Below, one piece after another: positions 38,004 through 46,871 of a DNA stretch of 64,000 bases (the stretch's first letter is position 1; every line of letters begins with the position of its first letter). Both the position numbers and the translations under genes were made by a program. The DNA is from Phenylobacterium sp. (GTDB taxonomy: Bacteria > Pseudomonadota > Alphaproteobacteria > Caulobacterales > Caulobacteraceae). The notes beneath the pieces were generated by a model. That model was not told where the DNA came from. It was given only the letters and a program-made list of their open reading frames with translations, and ran no database searches. The stretch covers positions 49,270-113,269 of the forward strand of contig NZ_JAKRSA010000015.1 in the NCBI RefSeq assembly GCF_022402485.1. Reading direction: 5' to 3'.

Positions 38004-38734
38004 GCAAGGTCCCGATGGCCCGGCTGGATCGCCTGCTGGCCAATCTGGGCTACGGGTCAAGGCGGGAGGTCCAGGGCCTGGTCCGCAAGGGTGCGGTGGT
38101 CTTTGACGGCGTTGCCATCAGCGATGGCGGCCAGAAAGTCGCAGTGGTGGCCGACCTTCCAGCTCGCCTGACCGTTGAGGGGGTGCCGGTCGATCCCCCT
38201 GCGCCGCTGACCCTCATCATGCACAAGCCCTTAGGCGTGGTCTGTTCCCATCGTGAGCCGGGCCGCAGCGTCTATGAGTTGCTGCCCCGGCGCTGGCGGG
38301 CGCGGATGCCCGGTCTCTCGACCATTGGCCGCCTGGACCTCGATACCACAGGGCTCCTGCTGATCACCGACGATGGTCCCCTGCTGCACCGGGTCATCGC
38401 CCCCCGTAGCCAGGTGGCCAAGCGCTATGTGGCGCGGCTGGCCAGGCCCCTGCGGGGAGACGAGGCGGCCATATTCGCTGCAGGAACCCTTGTGCTGGAG
38501 TCCGAGGCCGAGCCCCTGGCGCCGGCGGTCCTTGAGCCCCTTTCCGACCACGAGGCGCGCCTGACCATCACCGAGGGGCGCTATCACCAGGTGCGGCGGA
38601 TGTTCGCAGCTGTCGGCAACCATGTGGAAGCCCTGCACCGGGACCAGATCGGTGCCCTGTCCCTGCCGCAAGACCTTGCGCCGGGCGGCTGGCGCATCCT
38701 TCATCCCGAAGAGCAGACAGCAGTTTTCGCCTGA
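38000..38734 (+). CDS. RsuA-family rRNA pseudouridine synthase
   Basis: S4-like RLDRLLANLG, HKPLGVVCS, GRLDLDTTGLLL, EGRYHQVRRMF. Confidence 0.92.
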   Translation: MSKVPMARLDRLLANLGYGSRREVQGLVRKGAVVFDGVAISDGGQKVAVVADLPARLTVEGVPVDPPAPLTLIMHKPLGVVCSHREPGRSVYELLPRRWRARMPGLSTIGRLDLDTTGLLLITDDGPLLHRVIAPRSQVAKRYVARLARPLRGDEAAIFAAGTLVLESEAEPLAPAVLEPLSDHEARLTITEGRYHQVRRMFAAVGNHVEALHRDQIGALSLPQDLAPGGWRILHPEEQTAVFA

Positions 38735-38783
38735 GTCAGGCGTGCGCTCAGCTTTGCAAACTAATCCATTTTGCTAGGGACCG

Positions 38784-38826
38784 ATAAGGTTCCGTTAACC
38801 ATGTTGACGAGTTAATCACTTGTTAA
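38784..38826. promoter_or_regulatory. Two CtrA boxes
   Basis: Perfect TTAA-N7-TTAA at 38812-38826 and one-mismatch ATAA-N7-TTAA at 38784-38798. Confidence 0.75.
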
Positions 38827-38912
38827 TCGTCGCGGCTCCGGCTTTGCTCTGTCTCATCTGAACCCGCGCGGGGCGTCCCGCGCTGGGACTCTGATGGACG
38901 GAGTGGCGCGGC

Positions 38913-40292
38913 ATGTTCGAGTTCGGCCGGGAGCTGAAGCGGATTTTCGGCGGGCAGGGTGCCTGGCGGCCGACCCGCGATGGGCTGGCCGGCGGCGACG
39001 CGACTCTGCTTGAATTGCTGGATCTCACCCTGCTGCACAACGAAGGCCGGGCCGCAGACATGGCCGCTGGCCGTGTGAGCGGCAAGGACAAGCCCCAGCG
39101 TCAGCTGGAAGCCGCCATTGTCTGGCGCGAAGTCGCCCGCCGGTCCGGGGACGCGGCCATGCTGCGTAAGGCCGCCGCCCAGGCCGAGGCCGCCGCCAAG
39201 ACCTTTGACCGTGACCGTCGGCCCGAAGGCTGGGCCCGTGCCCGCTGCGAACAGGGCTTCTGTACCCTCCTGGGGGCGGAACTGTTTGGCGACGAAGGCC
39301 TCGATGCCGCCGCTGAGGTCGCCTTCCGTGAAGCCCGCGAAGCTGCAAAGGGGGGGCTCGCCGGCCCGCTGGCAGAGGTGGGGTTGGCCCTTATCGAAGG
39401 CCGTCGGCGCATGAGTCTGGGGGACGCTCAGGCGGCCCGGGTCACAGCTGCCCGTTTCTCCGCGCCGATCGCCGAGCTGCAGATCCTGGCCCGCCGCTGT
39501 TCGGCCGCCCACCTGTTGATTGCGGAGGCCCGTACCCTTCGCGCTGACATGATGGCCGGCTGGGGCGCTCGACTGAAGGATCAGGACTTGTTGCAGGTGG
39601 CCTTGGATGAGGCCGCCGAGGTCGCCCGGGGCCTCGACGGGGCCTATGAGCCCTTGGCCCATGCCCGGGCAGCCGGTCTGCGCGGTCAGATCCTGGCGCT
39701 GATGGGAGAGGTCAACGGCGAGATCGAACAGATCCTGGAGTCGGTCACCTGCCTGGCCGACGTGGTCGAGGACCTGTCCCGCGACCATAGCCCCATGGAC
39801 TGGGCCCGGAGCCAGGCCAGCCTGGGTCTGGCCCTCCAGATTCTCGGCGAAGCCACAGCCGGTGAGCGGGCCTTTGAGCAGGCGGTCACCTGCTATGAGC
39901 GGGCTGGCCTGGTGCTGGCCGAAGTCCCGGGCCTGGCCCTTCGCGCCGAGGTGTCCAATGGCCGGGCCCTCTGCCTGGCCCGTTCGGCTGAGCTGTCTGG
40001 CGATCTCGCTGTGCTCGACGCTGCCGAGGCGGCGTTCAAGATCGAGCTGTCCCATCGTCGGGCCAAGACCGATCCGGTGAGCTGGGCCCTGGCCCAGGTC
40101 AATCTGGCCCGCATCTATGAGGCCCGCCTCGACATCACCGGCAAGGACCGCGGTGAACGGGCCTCCGCCGCCCTGGCCCTTCAGGCGGCTCTGGATGTCT
40201 TTGCCGAAGAGGGCCTGCGCTCCTTCACCCTGATCGCTATCGACGCCATGGAGCGCCTGCGCATCCGCGCCATCCCCCGCGACGGGGTCTAA
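38913..40292 (+). CDS. Hypothetical all-helical TPR-like repeat protein
   Basis: Recurrent segments GWARARCEQG, DWARSQASLG, SWALAQVNLA; no catalytic motif seen. Confidence 0.72.
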   Translation: MFEFGRELKRIFGGQGAWRPTRDGLAGGDATLLELLDLTLLHNEGRAADMAAGRVSGKDKPQRQLEAAIVWREVARRSGDAAMLRKAAAQAEAAAKTFDRDRRPEGWARARCEQGFCTLLGAELFGDEGLDAAAEVAFREAREAAKGGLAGPLAEVGLALIEGRRRMSLGDAQAARVTAARFSAPIAELQILARRCSAAHLLIAEARTLRADMMAGWGARLKDQDLLQVALDEAAEVARGLDGAYEPLAHARAAGLRGQILALMGEVNGEIEQILESVTCLADVVEDLSRDHSPMDWARSQASLGLALQILGEATAGERAFEQAVTCYERAGLVLAEVPGLALRAEVSNGRALCLARSAELSGDLAVLDAAEAAFKIELSHRRAKTDPVSWALAQVNLARIYEARLDITGKDRGERASAALALQAALDVFAEEGLRSFTLIAIDAMERLRIRAIPRDGV

Positions 40293-40419
40293 GCGCCGCG
40301 TAGTGGGCCGTTCATCTGCGCTTCATGTCGACTCCCTGCGAATGAGGCTTGTCGCCCGTAGCGTCAGGCGATGATCATCACCTAACTGGGGTGGTCAGCT
40401 GGTTTGCGGGGGGAGGCCG

Positions 40420-40815
40420 ATGCGGCAGTCACGATTTGGACCGATCGGGCGAGGACGGCCCGGGTTCAGGCGGTGGCCTGCGCCTCTGGCGGCCAGCGCC
40501 ATGGCCCTGGGGCTCTCCGCCTGCGCCACAGACCCGGCCTTCTTGGAGGGCCTGGCCCTGGCCACAAGCGCCATGGCGGCCGGAACCGCGCAACTGGCCG
40601 AGGAAACCCGCTGCGTCCGGCATGTCTCCCTAAATGGCGAAGTGACTACCTTATGCCCATTGCCCCCAGGCGTGGTGGCCCGGCCGCCCTACCTTGGCCC
40701 CTCGCCCCATGACCGCCATCGGCACTACGACCGATGGGAGGGCGGCGACGGCCGTCATTGGGACAAGGACCGGCGGGAACGCTCGGACCGAGACCGTGAC
40801 AGGAACCCTTATTGA
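40420..40815 (+). CDS. Hypothetical lipoprotein with charged RD-rich tail
   Basis: Lipobox LSAC; C-terminus HDRHRHYDRW...DRRERSDRDRDR. Start uncertain. Confidence 0.6.
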   Translation: MRQSRFGPIGRGRPGFRRWPAPLAASAMALGLSACATDPAFLEGLALATSAMAAGTAQLAEETRCVRHVSLNGEVTTLCPLPPGVVARPPYLGPSPHDRHRHYDRWEGGDGRHWDKDRRERSDRDRDRNPY

Positions 40816-41627
40816 TTTCGCTGACGATTATGACGACGGCCCTGCTGATGGCCCCGGCAGGGGCGGCGCAGACCGCACCTGCTGTTGGGGAGCTGTTCCG
40901 TGACTGTGCGCAGGTCTGTCCCGAGATGGTGGTGATCCCTTCCGGCAGTTTCCTCATGGGCTCCGAACCGGGCGCTGGCGAGGCCAATGAAAGCCCACAG
41001 GAACGGCAGACCCTTGATCGGCCCCTCGCCGTGGGACGTTTCGAAGTCACGTTCGACGAGTGGGACGCCTGCCTCGCCGATGGCGTCTGCACAGCGCCCT
41101 GGAGCCAGGATGAGCCAGGATGGGGCCGTGGGCGCCGACCCGTGATCCAGGTCGACTGGAATGAGGCTCAGACCTATGTCGGCTGGCTATCTGACCGAAC
41201 CGGCCGGACCTACCGCCTGCTCAGCGAGGTGGAGTGGGAATATGCGGCAAGGGCTGGAACCTCGGGCCTGCACCATACAGGCGAGGCGATCACCCCGGCG
41301 GACGCCAACTATGAGCGCAGCGGACTTCGCCGCACGGTGCCCGTGGGGAGCTACCCGGCGAACGCCTTTGGTCTGCACGACATGCTGGGCAATGTATGGG
41401 AGTGGGTGGCCGACTGCTATGACGCCAGCCCCACCCCTGCCCATGGTGGCACCAGCAAAGACGACAAGGCCTGCAGCCTGCGGGTCATGCGCGGCGGTGG
41501 CGGGGCCTCCCCAGCCGAGGATGTGAGATCGGCGCGACGCAGTCAGATGAGCATCGGCATGCGGACCAATGATCTCGGCTTTCGAGTGGCCCGCGACCTT
41601 GGCCTGCCGTCAGAGCTGAAGCCATGA
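40812..41627 (+). CDS. Formylglycine-generating enzyme family (SUMF1/EgtB/PvdO domain), exported
   Basis: CPEMVVIPSGSFLMGS, FEVTFDEW, RLLSEVEWEYAARAG, NAFGLHDMLGNVWEW, GFRVAR. Confidence 0.9.
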   Translation: MISLTIMTTALLMAPAGAAQTAPAVGELFRDCAQVCPEMVVIPSGSFLMGSEPGAGEANESPQERQTLDRPLAVGRFEVTFDEWDACLADGVCTAPWSQDEPGWGRGRRPVIQVDWNEAQTYVGWLSDRTGRTYRLLSEVEWEYAARAGTSGLHHTGEAITPADANYERSGLRRTVPVGSYPANAFGLHDMLGNVWEWVADCYDASPTPAHGGTSKDDKACSLRVMRGGGGASPAEDVRSARRSQMSIGMRTNDLGFRVARDLGLPSELKP

Positions 41628-42469
41628 GCGTAGCTTCCGGCGCAGGGCGACGGGTCCTGGCCCTGGCGCTTGGCCTTGGTCTGGTCTTCCAGACTGCCGC
41701 CCCTGTGCCCGTCTTTGCTCAGCCGGCGGCCGTCACGCCGGCATCCGGACCGCCCCCCAGAACCCAGTGCGCCCGACTGGCCAACCTCGACTGGCGTCGA
41801 CTGCAGGCTGATCTGGTTAGAACCGTGGACGAGGTGAGTGCGGATGAGGCCCGACTGACACCTTATCTGGCCCGTGCAACCCTCCCTGAAGGCACTGATT
41901 TGAGGCCCTCGGATGAGGCGCTGATCATCGTTCGGGCCTTTATCCCGCCCTATCGCCACTATCAGATCGAGGACAGGGCGGTGGCCTGGCGGGAGCCTGA
42001 CGGCCAGTGGTGGTTCTGGCGACAGAGGATCGACTGGGCGGCTCCGCCGCCGCCCCCGCCGCCCCCGCCAGCGGATCCGCTGGCCGCCGCCCAATGGACC
42101 TCGCCCCCGCCGCCCAGCATCGATGAGCGCTTTCCTCCCAGCAGCGGGAAGCTGGGCGCCATCGCCGCAGCCGCGATGGAGTCGGCCTGGTCAGACCCCT
42201 GCCGGGCCTGGGAGCCGGCACAGCCCCGTTCGCCGCTACCCCTTCGCCGTCCGGAACCGGGGAGTGATCGTCGGGAGCGGGCTTGTCCCCACGGGGCGGT
42301 GCCGATCATCGGCGAGATCACCGAGGCCGGGCGGCCCGCTCAGCTGCATGTCTATCCCTGCGACATGGACTTCAGTGCGCGTCTGCTGCTGACCCACGCC
42401 GCCTATGCTACGCGCCCATCAGCCGCCGAAGACCGGGTCATGGTCAGGCTTGGGGAGGCGACGGAATGA
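41624..42469 (+). CDS. Hypothetical exported protein with a 9-Pro tract
   Basis: Signal peptide; PPPPPPPPP at 42044-42070; translationally coupled to both neighbours. Confidence 0.65.
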   Translation: MSVASGAGRRVLALALGLGLVFQTAAPVPVFAQPAAVTPASGPPPRTQCARLANLDWRRLQADLVRTVDEVSADEARLTPYLARATLPEGTDLRPSDEALIIVRAFIPPYRHYQIEDRAVAWREPDGQWWFWRQRIDWAAPPPPPPPPPADPLAAAQWTSPPPPSIDERFPPSSGKLGAIAAAAMESAWSDPCRAWEPAQPRSPLPLRRPEPGSDRRERACPHGAVPIIGEITEAGRPAQLHVYPCDMDFSARLLLTHAAYATRPSAAEDRVMVRLGEATE

Positions 42470-43410
42470 GCCGCGCGGGACTCTCGTGGGTGGTCCCCGC
42501 CATCATGTTTGGGGTGATATTCTGCCTTGGCCTTGGATCATCGACCGCTCAGGCGTCGGAGGGTGCGAGCGGCCGATCCCCAGCCTCGTTGGAGCGTCTG
42601 ATGACCGCCGCCGAGGCCGGCGAGCCTGCTGCCTTGGCCGCTGTGGGGGAATATCAGCAGTTTGGCTGGGGCGGACTCTCCCCTGACGAGGCTGCGGCCC
42701 TGGACTGGTATCGCAGGGCGGCGGCGGCCGGAAATGCCCGCGGCGCTCTTCGTCTGGGGCTCTTCTATAACGGCGGTCTCGGAGGGTTGACCCGCAACCA
42801 AGCTGAAGCCCGGCGCTGGTTCAGCCAGGCGGCGGAAGGCGGCGAGCCCTGGGCGATGCAGCACCTGGCCTCATACTATCAGCAAGGTCTAGGCGGGCTG
42901 CCCCAGGACAGATCACGCGCCTTGCACTGGCGCCGGCAGGCCGCTGAGGGGGGAGTCGGTGAGGCCATGCGCGCCCTGGGCTCCGCCTATGAGATCGGCG
43001 AGGGTGGTCTGAGCATTGACCTGGCTGTAGCCCTGGACTGGTACCGCCGCGCCCAAGCGGCCGGGGATCCGCGAGCCGGTGTTGAGGTCGAGCGCCTGGA
43101 GCGCCTGGCCCGTCTGAGCGAGCTCGTCTGTCTGGCCTATATCGATGATGGTCTGGCAGACCTGCGGGCTGAACGGGCAGTTTTGGACGCTCTTCCCGCC
43201 CTGCCGCGGTTTGCCAGCGCGGAGGCGAGGGCTCGCCTGGACGGGGTTGGTCGGGACATTGCGGCCGAGATGCGCGCGCTTGAATCGGCCCGGGAGCCCT
43301 TCGCTGGCCTTGGCCAGATCACTGACCTGGACCGCTATCATATCCGGCAGCGGCCGTCCGAAACGGGCACTGTCATCGCCGCGCGTTGTCTCAGCCCGAC
43401 AGGTTCCTGA
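42466..43410 (+). CDS. Sel1-like repeat protein, exported
   Basis: ALDWYRRAAAAGN, ARRWFSQAAEGGE, ALHWRRQAAEGG, ALDWYRRAQAAGD; ATG 42466 overlaps the upstream stop. Confidence 0.88.
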   Translation: MSRAGLSWVVPAIMFGVIFCLGLGSSTAQASEGASGRSPASLERLMTAAEAGEPAALAAVGEYQQFGWGGLSPDEAAALDWYRRAAAAGNARGALRLGLFYNGGLGGLTRNQAEARRWFSQAAEGGEPWAMQHLASYYQQGLGGLPQDRSRALHWRRQAAEGGVGEAMRALGSAYEIGEGGLSIDLAVALDWYRRAQAAGDPRAGVEVERLERLARLSELVCLAYIDDGLADLRAERAVLDALPALPRFASAEARARLDGVGRDIAAEMRALESAREPFAGLGQITDLDRYHIRQRPSETGTVIAARCLSPTGS

Positions 43411-43439
43411 AGTCAGCCAACGGCCTGAAGGGCTATGGC

Positions 43440-44537
43440 TCAGGCGGCGGCCACGTCACCGGTCTGGCGGCGGACGCGCCAGAAGCGAATGGTCCGCTGG
43501 GCGGCTTCCTGCGGAAGAGCCTCATAGAGCTCGCCATACTCGCGGGCCCGGCCCATGGCATTGGTTTCCCGGTCGAGGATCAGCACCGCGAAGGTCAGGT
43601 AAAGTGACCGATCAAAGCTGGCCGCCTTGCAGACGATCGAAAGGGCGTCGAGGTCACGGCGCTCAAGGATTCTCCGGGCGGTCCCAAAATCGATATCAGC
43701 CAGTTCGCACAAGGCGACCAGGAACTTGGTGGTCTCGCGGTTACGCAGGAATCCGGCCAGCACCGGCGGGGTGATCCCGCCCCGCAGTTTGAGCAGGCGA
43801 ACGGCGCGTTCGGCGTCCTCGAAGTCGTCCGGCAGGGCCCCGTCCCGGGTGGCGAGGCTCTTGCGTCCGGCAGCCAGGGCTTGTTCCAGCGCCTCGGGAT
43901 CGACCTCGCTGTTGCGCTCGCGGATCGCGTCGCGCAGCTTGGCTTCGACCACGAAGTACATTTCGTTCAGCAGGTCCATTGGGACCGCGCGACGCCGCAC
44001 AATGGCCGCATGGAGGGCGGTATTGGCGGCCGCCCGATCAATGACCCGTTCGTGGGACTCCCGCGACAGGGTCGCTCCATCATTGCGCAGCAGCGTATCC
44101 AGGGTCTGGTCATCCCCCCGTTCGACGATCGCCTCCGACACGGCAGCGGACACGGTGGGCCGCTGACTGATGGCCCGCAGGTGATCCTGGCCACGGGTGT
44201 GGGCGACTGCCAGCAGGTCATCGTCCGTCAGGGCCGACGAGCCAGTCAGGATAGGCTCGGCGACGGCGATTGAAGTGTCCCGCGCCAGATCCCGCAGCAG
44301 GTGTCGCGGCGGAGCCGAGGCGGCCGAGAGACGGCGGGAGAGCTCCTCGCGGACAGCCTCCTCCATGTCGCTGGCCAACTGGCCCATCACATCATCGAAT
44401 AGATTGAGCTCAGAGCTGGCGTGTAGCCCGTCGCCGGCGAAGAACAGGTCGGTCACCCCGCGCAACAGCTCTCGCCGTCGGGCGCTGGAGGGCTCATTGG
44501 CCAGGGAGATCAGGTCGTGCAGCTTGGACGTGGACAT
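43440..44537 (-). CDS. DUF2336 domain protein
   Basis: VAEPILTGSSALTDDDLL, HLRAISQRPTVSAAVSEAIV, LLRNDGA. Confidence 0.85.
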   Translation of the reverse strand: MSTSKLHDLISLANEPSSARRRELLRGVTDLFFAGDGLHASSELNLFDDVMGQLASDMEEAVREELSRRLSAASAPPRHLLRDLARDTSIAVAEPILTGSSALTDDDLLAVAHTRGQDHLRAISQRPTVSAAVSEAIVERGDDQTLDTLLRNDGATLSRESHERVIDRAAANTALHAAIVRRRAVPMDLLNEMYFVVEAKLRDAIRERNSEVDPEALEQALAAGRKSLATRDGALPDDFEDAERAVRLLKLRGGITPPVLAGFLRNRETTKFLVALCELADIDFGTARRILERRDLDALSIVCKAASFDRSLYLTFAVLILDRETNAMGRAREYGELYEALPQEAAQRTIRFWRVRRQTGDVAAA

Positions 44538-44545
44538 GTTGCGTC

Positions 44546-45307
44546 TCAGAACTGGCGGTCTAGGCCCTGGGCGGGGTCTTCGGCGTCGTCCGGTTCATTG
44601 GGCGAAGAAGAAGGGCCGACCAGTATGTAATTGTCCCCGATAGGGGGCGGCGGAATGGCGTCGGGAGTCATCCCGTAGGCCCGGTGCAGCGAATAGAGAT
44701 GCGCACCCCCAGATCTGACGCCGGGGGTTGGTGCCGGGGCTGGGGCGGCCTGTGGCGGCGATGCGGGCGATGTCATCTGCGGTGCCTGCGCCCATTGCTG
44801 AACGGGCGCTTGCGGCTGCGGTGCCGTCGTTCCGTAGATGGAGGTCGGCAGGGGCCCCTGCGGTGGGCCGCCCAGGAGGTCGGGGGCAGGCAGGGGCGCT
44901 GCAGCTAGGGCTTGCGGCGGCAACGGGCCCTGCGCCGCACCTTGCGGCTGAACCTGAGGCGGTATGGGCGCCATGACTGCGGCGGGCGATGGGGCTGTTG
45001 GCCCGAAGGGCGCTATGGGGGCCGCCTGCGGGGCGGATTGCAGCGCCAGCTGGGGTATGAACTGCCGGGCCAGGGCCATGGGTTCAGGGCGGGCATAGGC
45101 CGCCGGAGCGCTGGTTGTTGACCCGCCGCGCTTACCAGCCCAGCTCAACATCGGTCCGGAGTGGGCATTGGGTCCAGCTGGGCCGCCGAAAGCGCTGGCA
45201 GGGGGCGGGCCATAGCGGTCCTGGCTCACCGTCTGGGCCAGGGCCGGGACGGCGCTCGCCAGCGCAAGGCCAGCAGACAGGGCAACGGAGGCGATGGACA
45301 GACTCAT
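44546..45307 (-). CDS. Hypothetical Pro/Gln/Ala-rich exported protein
   Basis: Signal peptide, MLSWAGK, low-complexity middle, YSLHRAYG.TPDAIP. Confidence 0.7.
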   Translation of the reverse strand: MSLSIASVALSAGLALASAVPALAQTVSQDRYGPPPASAFGGPAGPNAHSGPMLSWAGKRGGSTTSAPAAYARPEPMALARQFIPQLALQSAPQAAPIAPFGPTAPSPAAVMAPIPPQVQPQGAAQGPLPPQALAAAPLPAPDLLGGPPQGPLPTSIYGTTAPQPQAPVQQWAQAPQMTSPASPPQAAPAPAPTPGVRSGGAHLYSLHRAYGMTPDAIPPPPIGDNYILVGPSSSPNEPDDAEDPAQGLDRQF

Positions 45308-45344
45308 GGCCGTCCCGTTCTAGGTTAGTCGGCTTAACCTGCGA

Positions 45345-46112
45345 CTAACGGCCACGCCACCAGCGAAGGCCCGAGCGCTCGAGCCGGGCCAGTCCCGCAT
45401 AGAGCAGGGCACCCATGAGCCCAAGGACCACCAAGGCGGCGAACATGCGGGCGGTCTGCAGGCGGTTTCCGGCCTCCAGAATGCGCCAGGCCAGGCCCTG
45501 GGCACCGCCCGATCCGGCGACAAACTCCGCGACCACGGCCCCGATCAGGGCAAGGCCCGCGGCGACCTTGTGGCCTTCCAGCAGGAAGGGGACGGCTGAC
45601 GGAAGGCGCAGGCGCAACAGCCGCTTCACCCGGCCTGCGCCGTAGAGATCAAACAACCGCTCCAGGTCGGGATCGGCAGCCTTCAGGCCCGTGACCGCCC
45701 CGGAGAATATGGGGAAAAACGCCACGACCGCCGCCAGGGCGATGATGGCCCGTTCGGGATGGTCGATCCCCGCCCAGATCACCACCAACGGCGCGATGGC
45801 GACCACCGGCGTCACCTGAAGCACCACCGCCAGGGGCTTGATGGCCCGCTCAAGGATCGGACTGAGCGCCACCAGCAAGGCCAACAGTTGAGCCGTCAAG
45901 CTGGCCATGATGAGGGCCGCCAGCGCCATGGTCAGGGTGTTGCCGGCTGATATCAGCAGGGTCGGGGCGTCGGTCCAAAGACTGGCGATCACCGCGCTGG
46001 GGGTGGGCAGGAAATAGGCCGGAATCTCCAGCGCCCGGCAGGCGATCTCCCAGCCCGCCAGCAGAACGACAATCAGGGCAAGGGGCGCAAGGAGATCGAG
46101 CAGTCGCCTCAT
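45345..46112 (-). CDS. ABC permease (SsuC/TauC/ThiX type)
   Basis: YFLPTPS, LQVTPVVAIAPL, EAA-like LFDLYGAG, GAVVAEFVAG. Confidence 0.9.
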   Translation of the reverse strand: MRRLLDLLAPLALIVVLLAGWEIACRALEIPAYFLPTPSAVIASLWTDAPTLLISAGNTLTMALAALIMASLTAQLLALLVALSPILERAIKPLAVVLQVTPVVAIAPLVVIWAGIDHPERAIIALAAVVAFFPIFSGAVTGLKAADPDLERLFDLYGAGRVKRLLRLRLPSAVPFLLEGHKVAAGLALIGAVVAEFVAGSGGAQGLAWRILEAGNRLQTARMFAALVVLGLMGALLYAGLARLERSGLRWWRGR

Positions 46113-46861
46113 GGGGCCATCTCCATGCCCTTGGCCAGCACCCGCGATACCGCCTCAACCGTGGCGCGGAAGGCCTCGGTGGTGCGGAAACCCTCAGGGC
46201 GCGGGGCAGGGCCAGCCACGGTCAGTTCGCCGGCGATCTTGCCCGGGCCACGGCTGAACACCACCACGCGGCTGGCCATGTAGACGGCTTCTTCGACGCT
46301 GTGGGTGACGAAGATGATGGCCGGCCGGGTCTCTGCCCACAGGCGCAGGACATCGTCGGCCAGCGACCTGCGCGTGATTTCATCAAGGGCGGCAAAGGGC
46401 TCGTCCAGCAGCAGCAGGCGCGGCTCGGTGACCAGGGCACGGGCCAGCGACACCCGCATGGCCATGCCGCCAGACAGCTGTGCGGGTCGCGCATTCGTCG
46501 CAGCGGCCAGACCGACCCGCCCCAGAGCCGCCTCAGCCCGGTCCCGAGCGGTGGCGCGGGGTAGCCCTGACAGTTCGAGGGGCAGGGCGACATTGTCTAG
46601 GGCCGACAGCCAAGGTGCCAAGGTCGGGGCCTGGAACACCACCGAGGTTTCACCCCGGCCAGCGGTGCGACGAACCCCCCCTCGTGTGGGGGCCTCCAGA
46701 CCCGCCAGGAGGCGCAGAGCCGTGGACTTGCCGCAGCCCGACGGGCCTACCAGGGCGGTGATCTGACCTGGCGCGAGACCAAGGTCGATTGGGCCAAGGG
46801 CAAGGCTTCCCCCGCCATATTCAACCTCGACCTGCGCCAGTTCGGCGACGAACGGCTCCAT
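46109..46861 (-). CDS. ABC ATP-binding protein (SsuB/TauB type)
   Basis: GPSGCGKST, LSGGMAMR, LLDEPFAALD. Confidence 0.92.
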   Translation of the reverse strand: MEPFVAELAQVEVEYGGGSLALGPIDLGLAPGQITALVGPSGCGKSTALRLLAGLEAPTRGGVRRTAGRGETSVVFQAPTLAPWLSALDNVALPLELSGLPRATARDRAEAALGRVGLAAATNARPAQLSGGMAMRVSLARALVTEPRLLLLDEPFAALDEITRRSLADDVLRLWAETRPAIIFVTHSVEEAVYMASRVVVFSRGPGKIAGELTVAGPAPRPEGFRTTEAFRATVEAVSRVLAKGMEMAP

Positions 46862-46871
46862 CAATGGCGAC

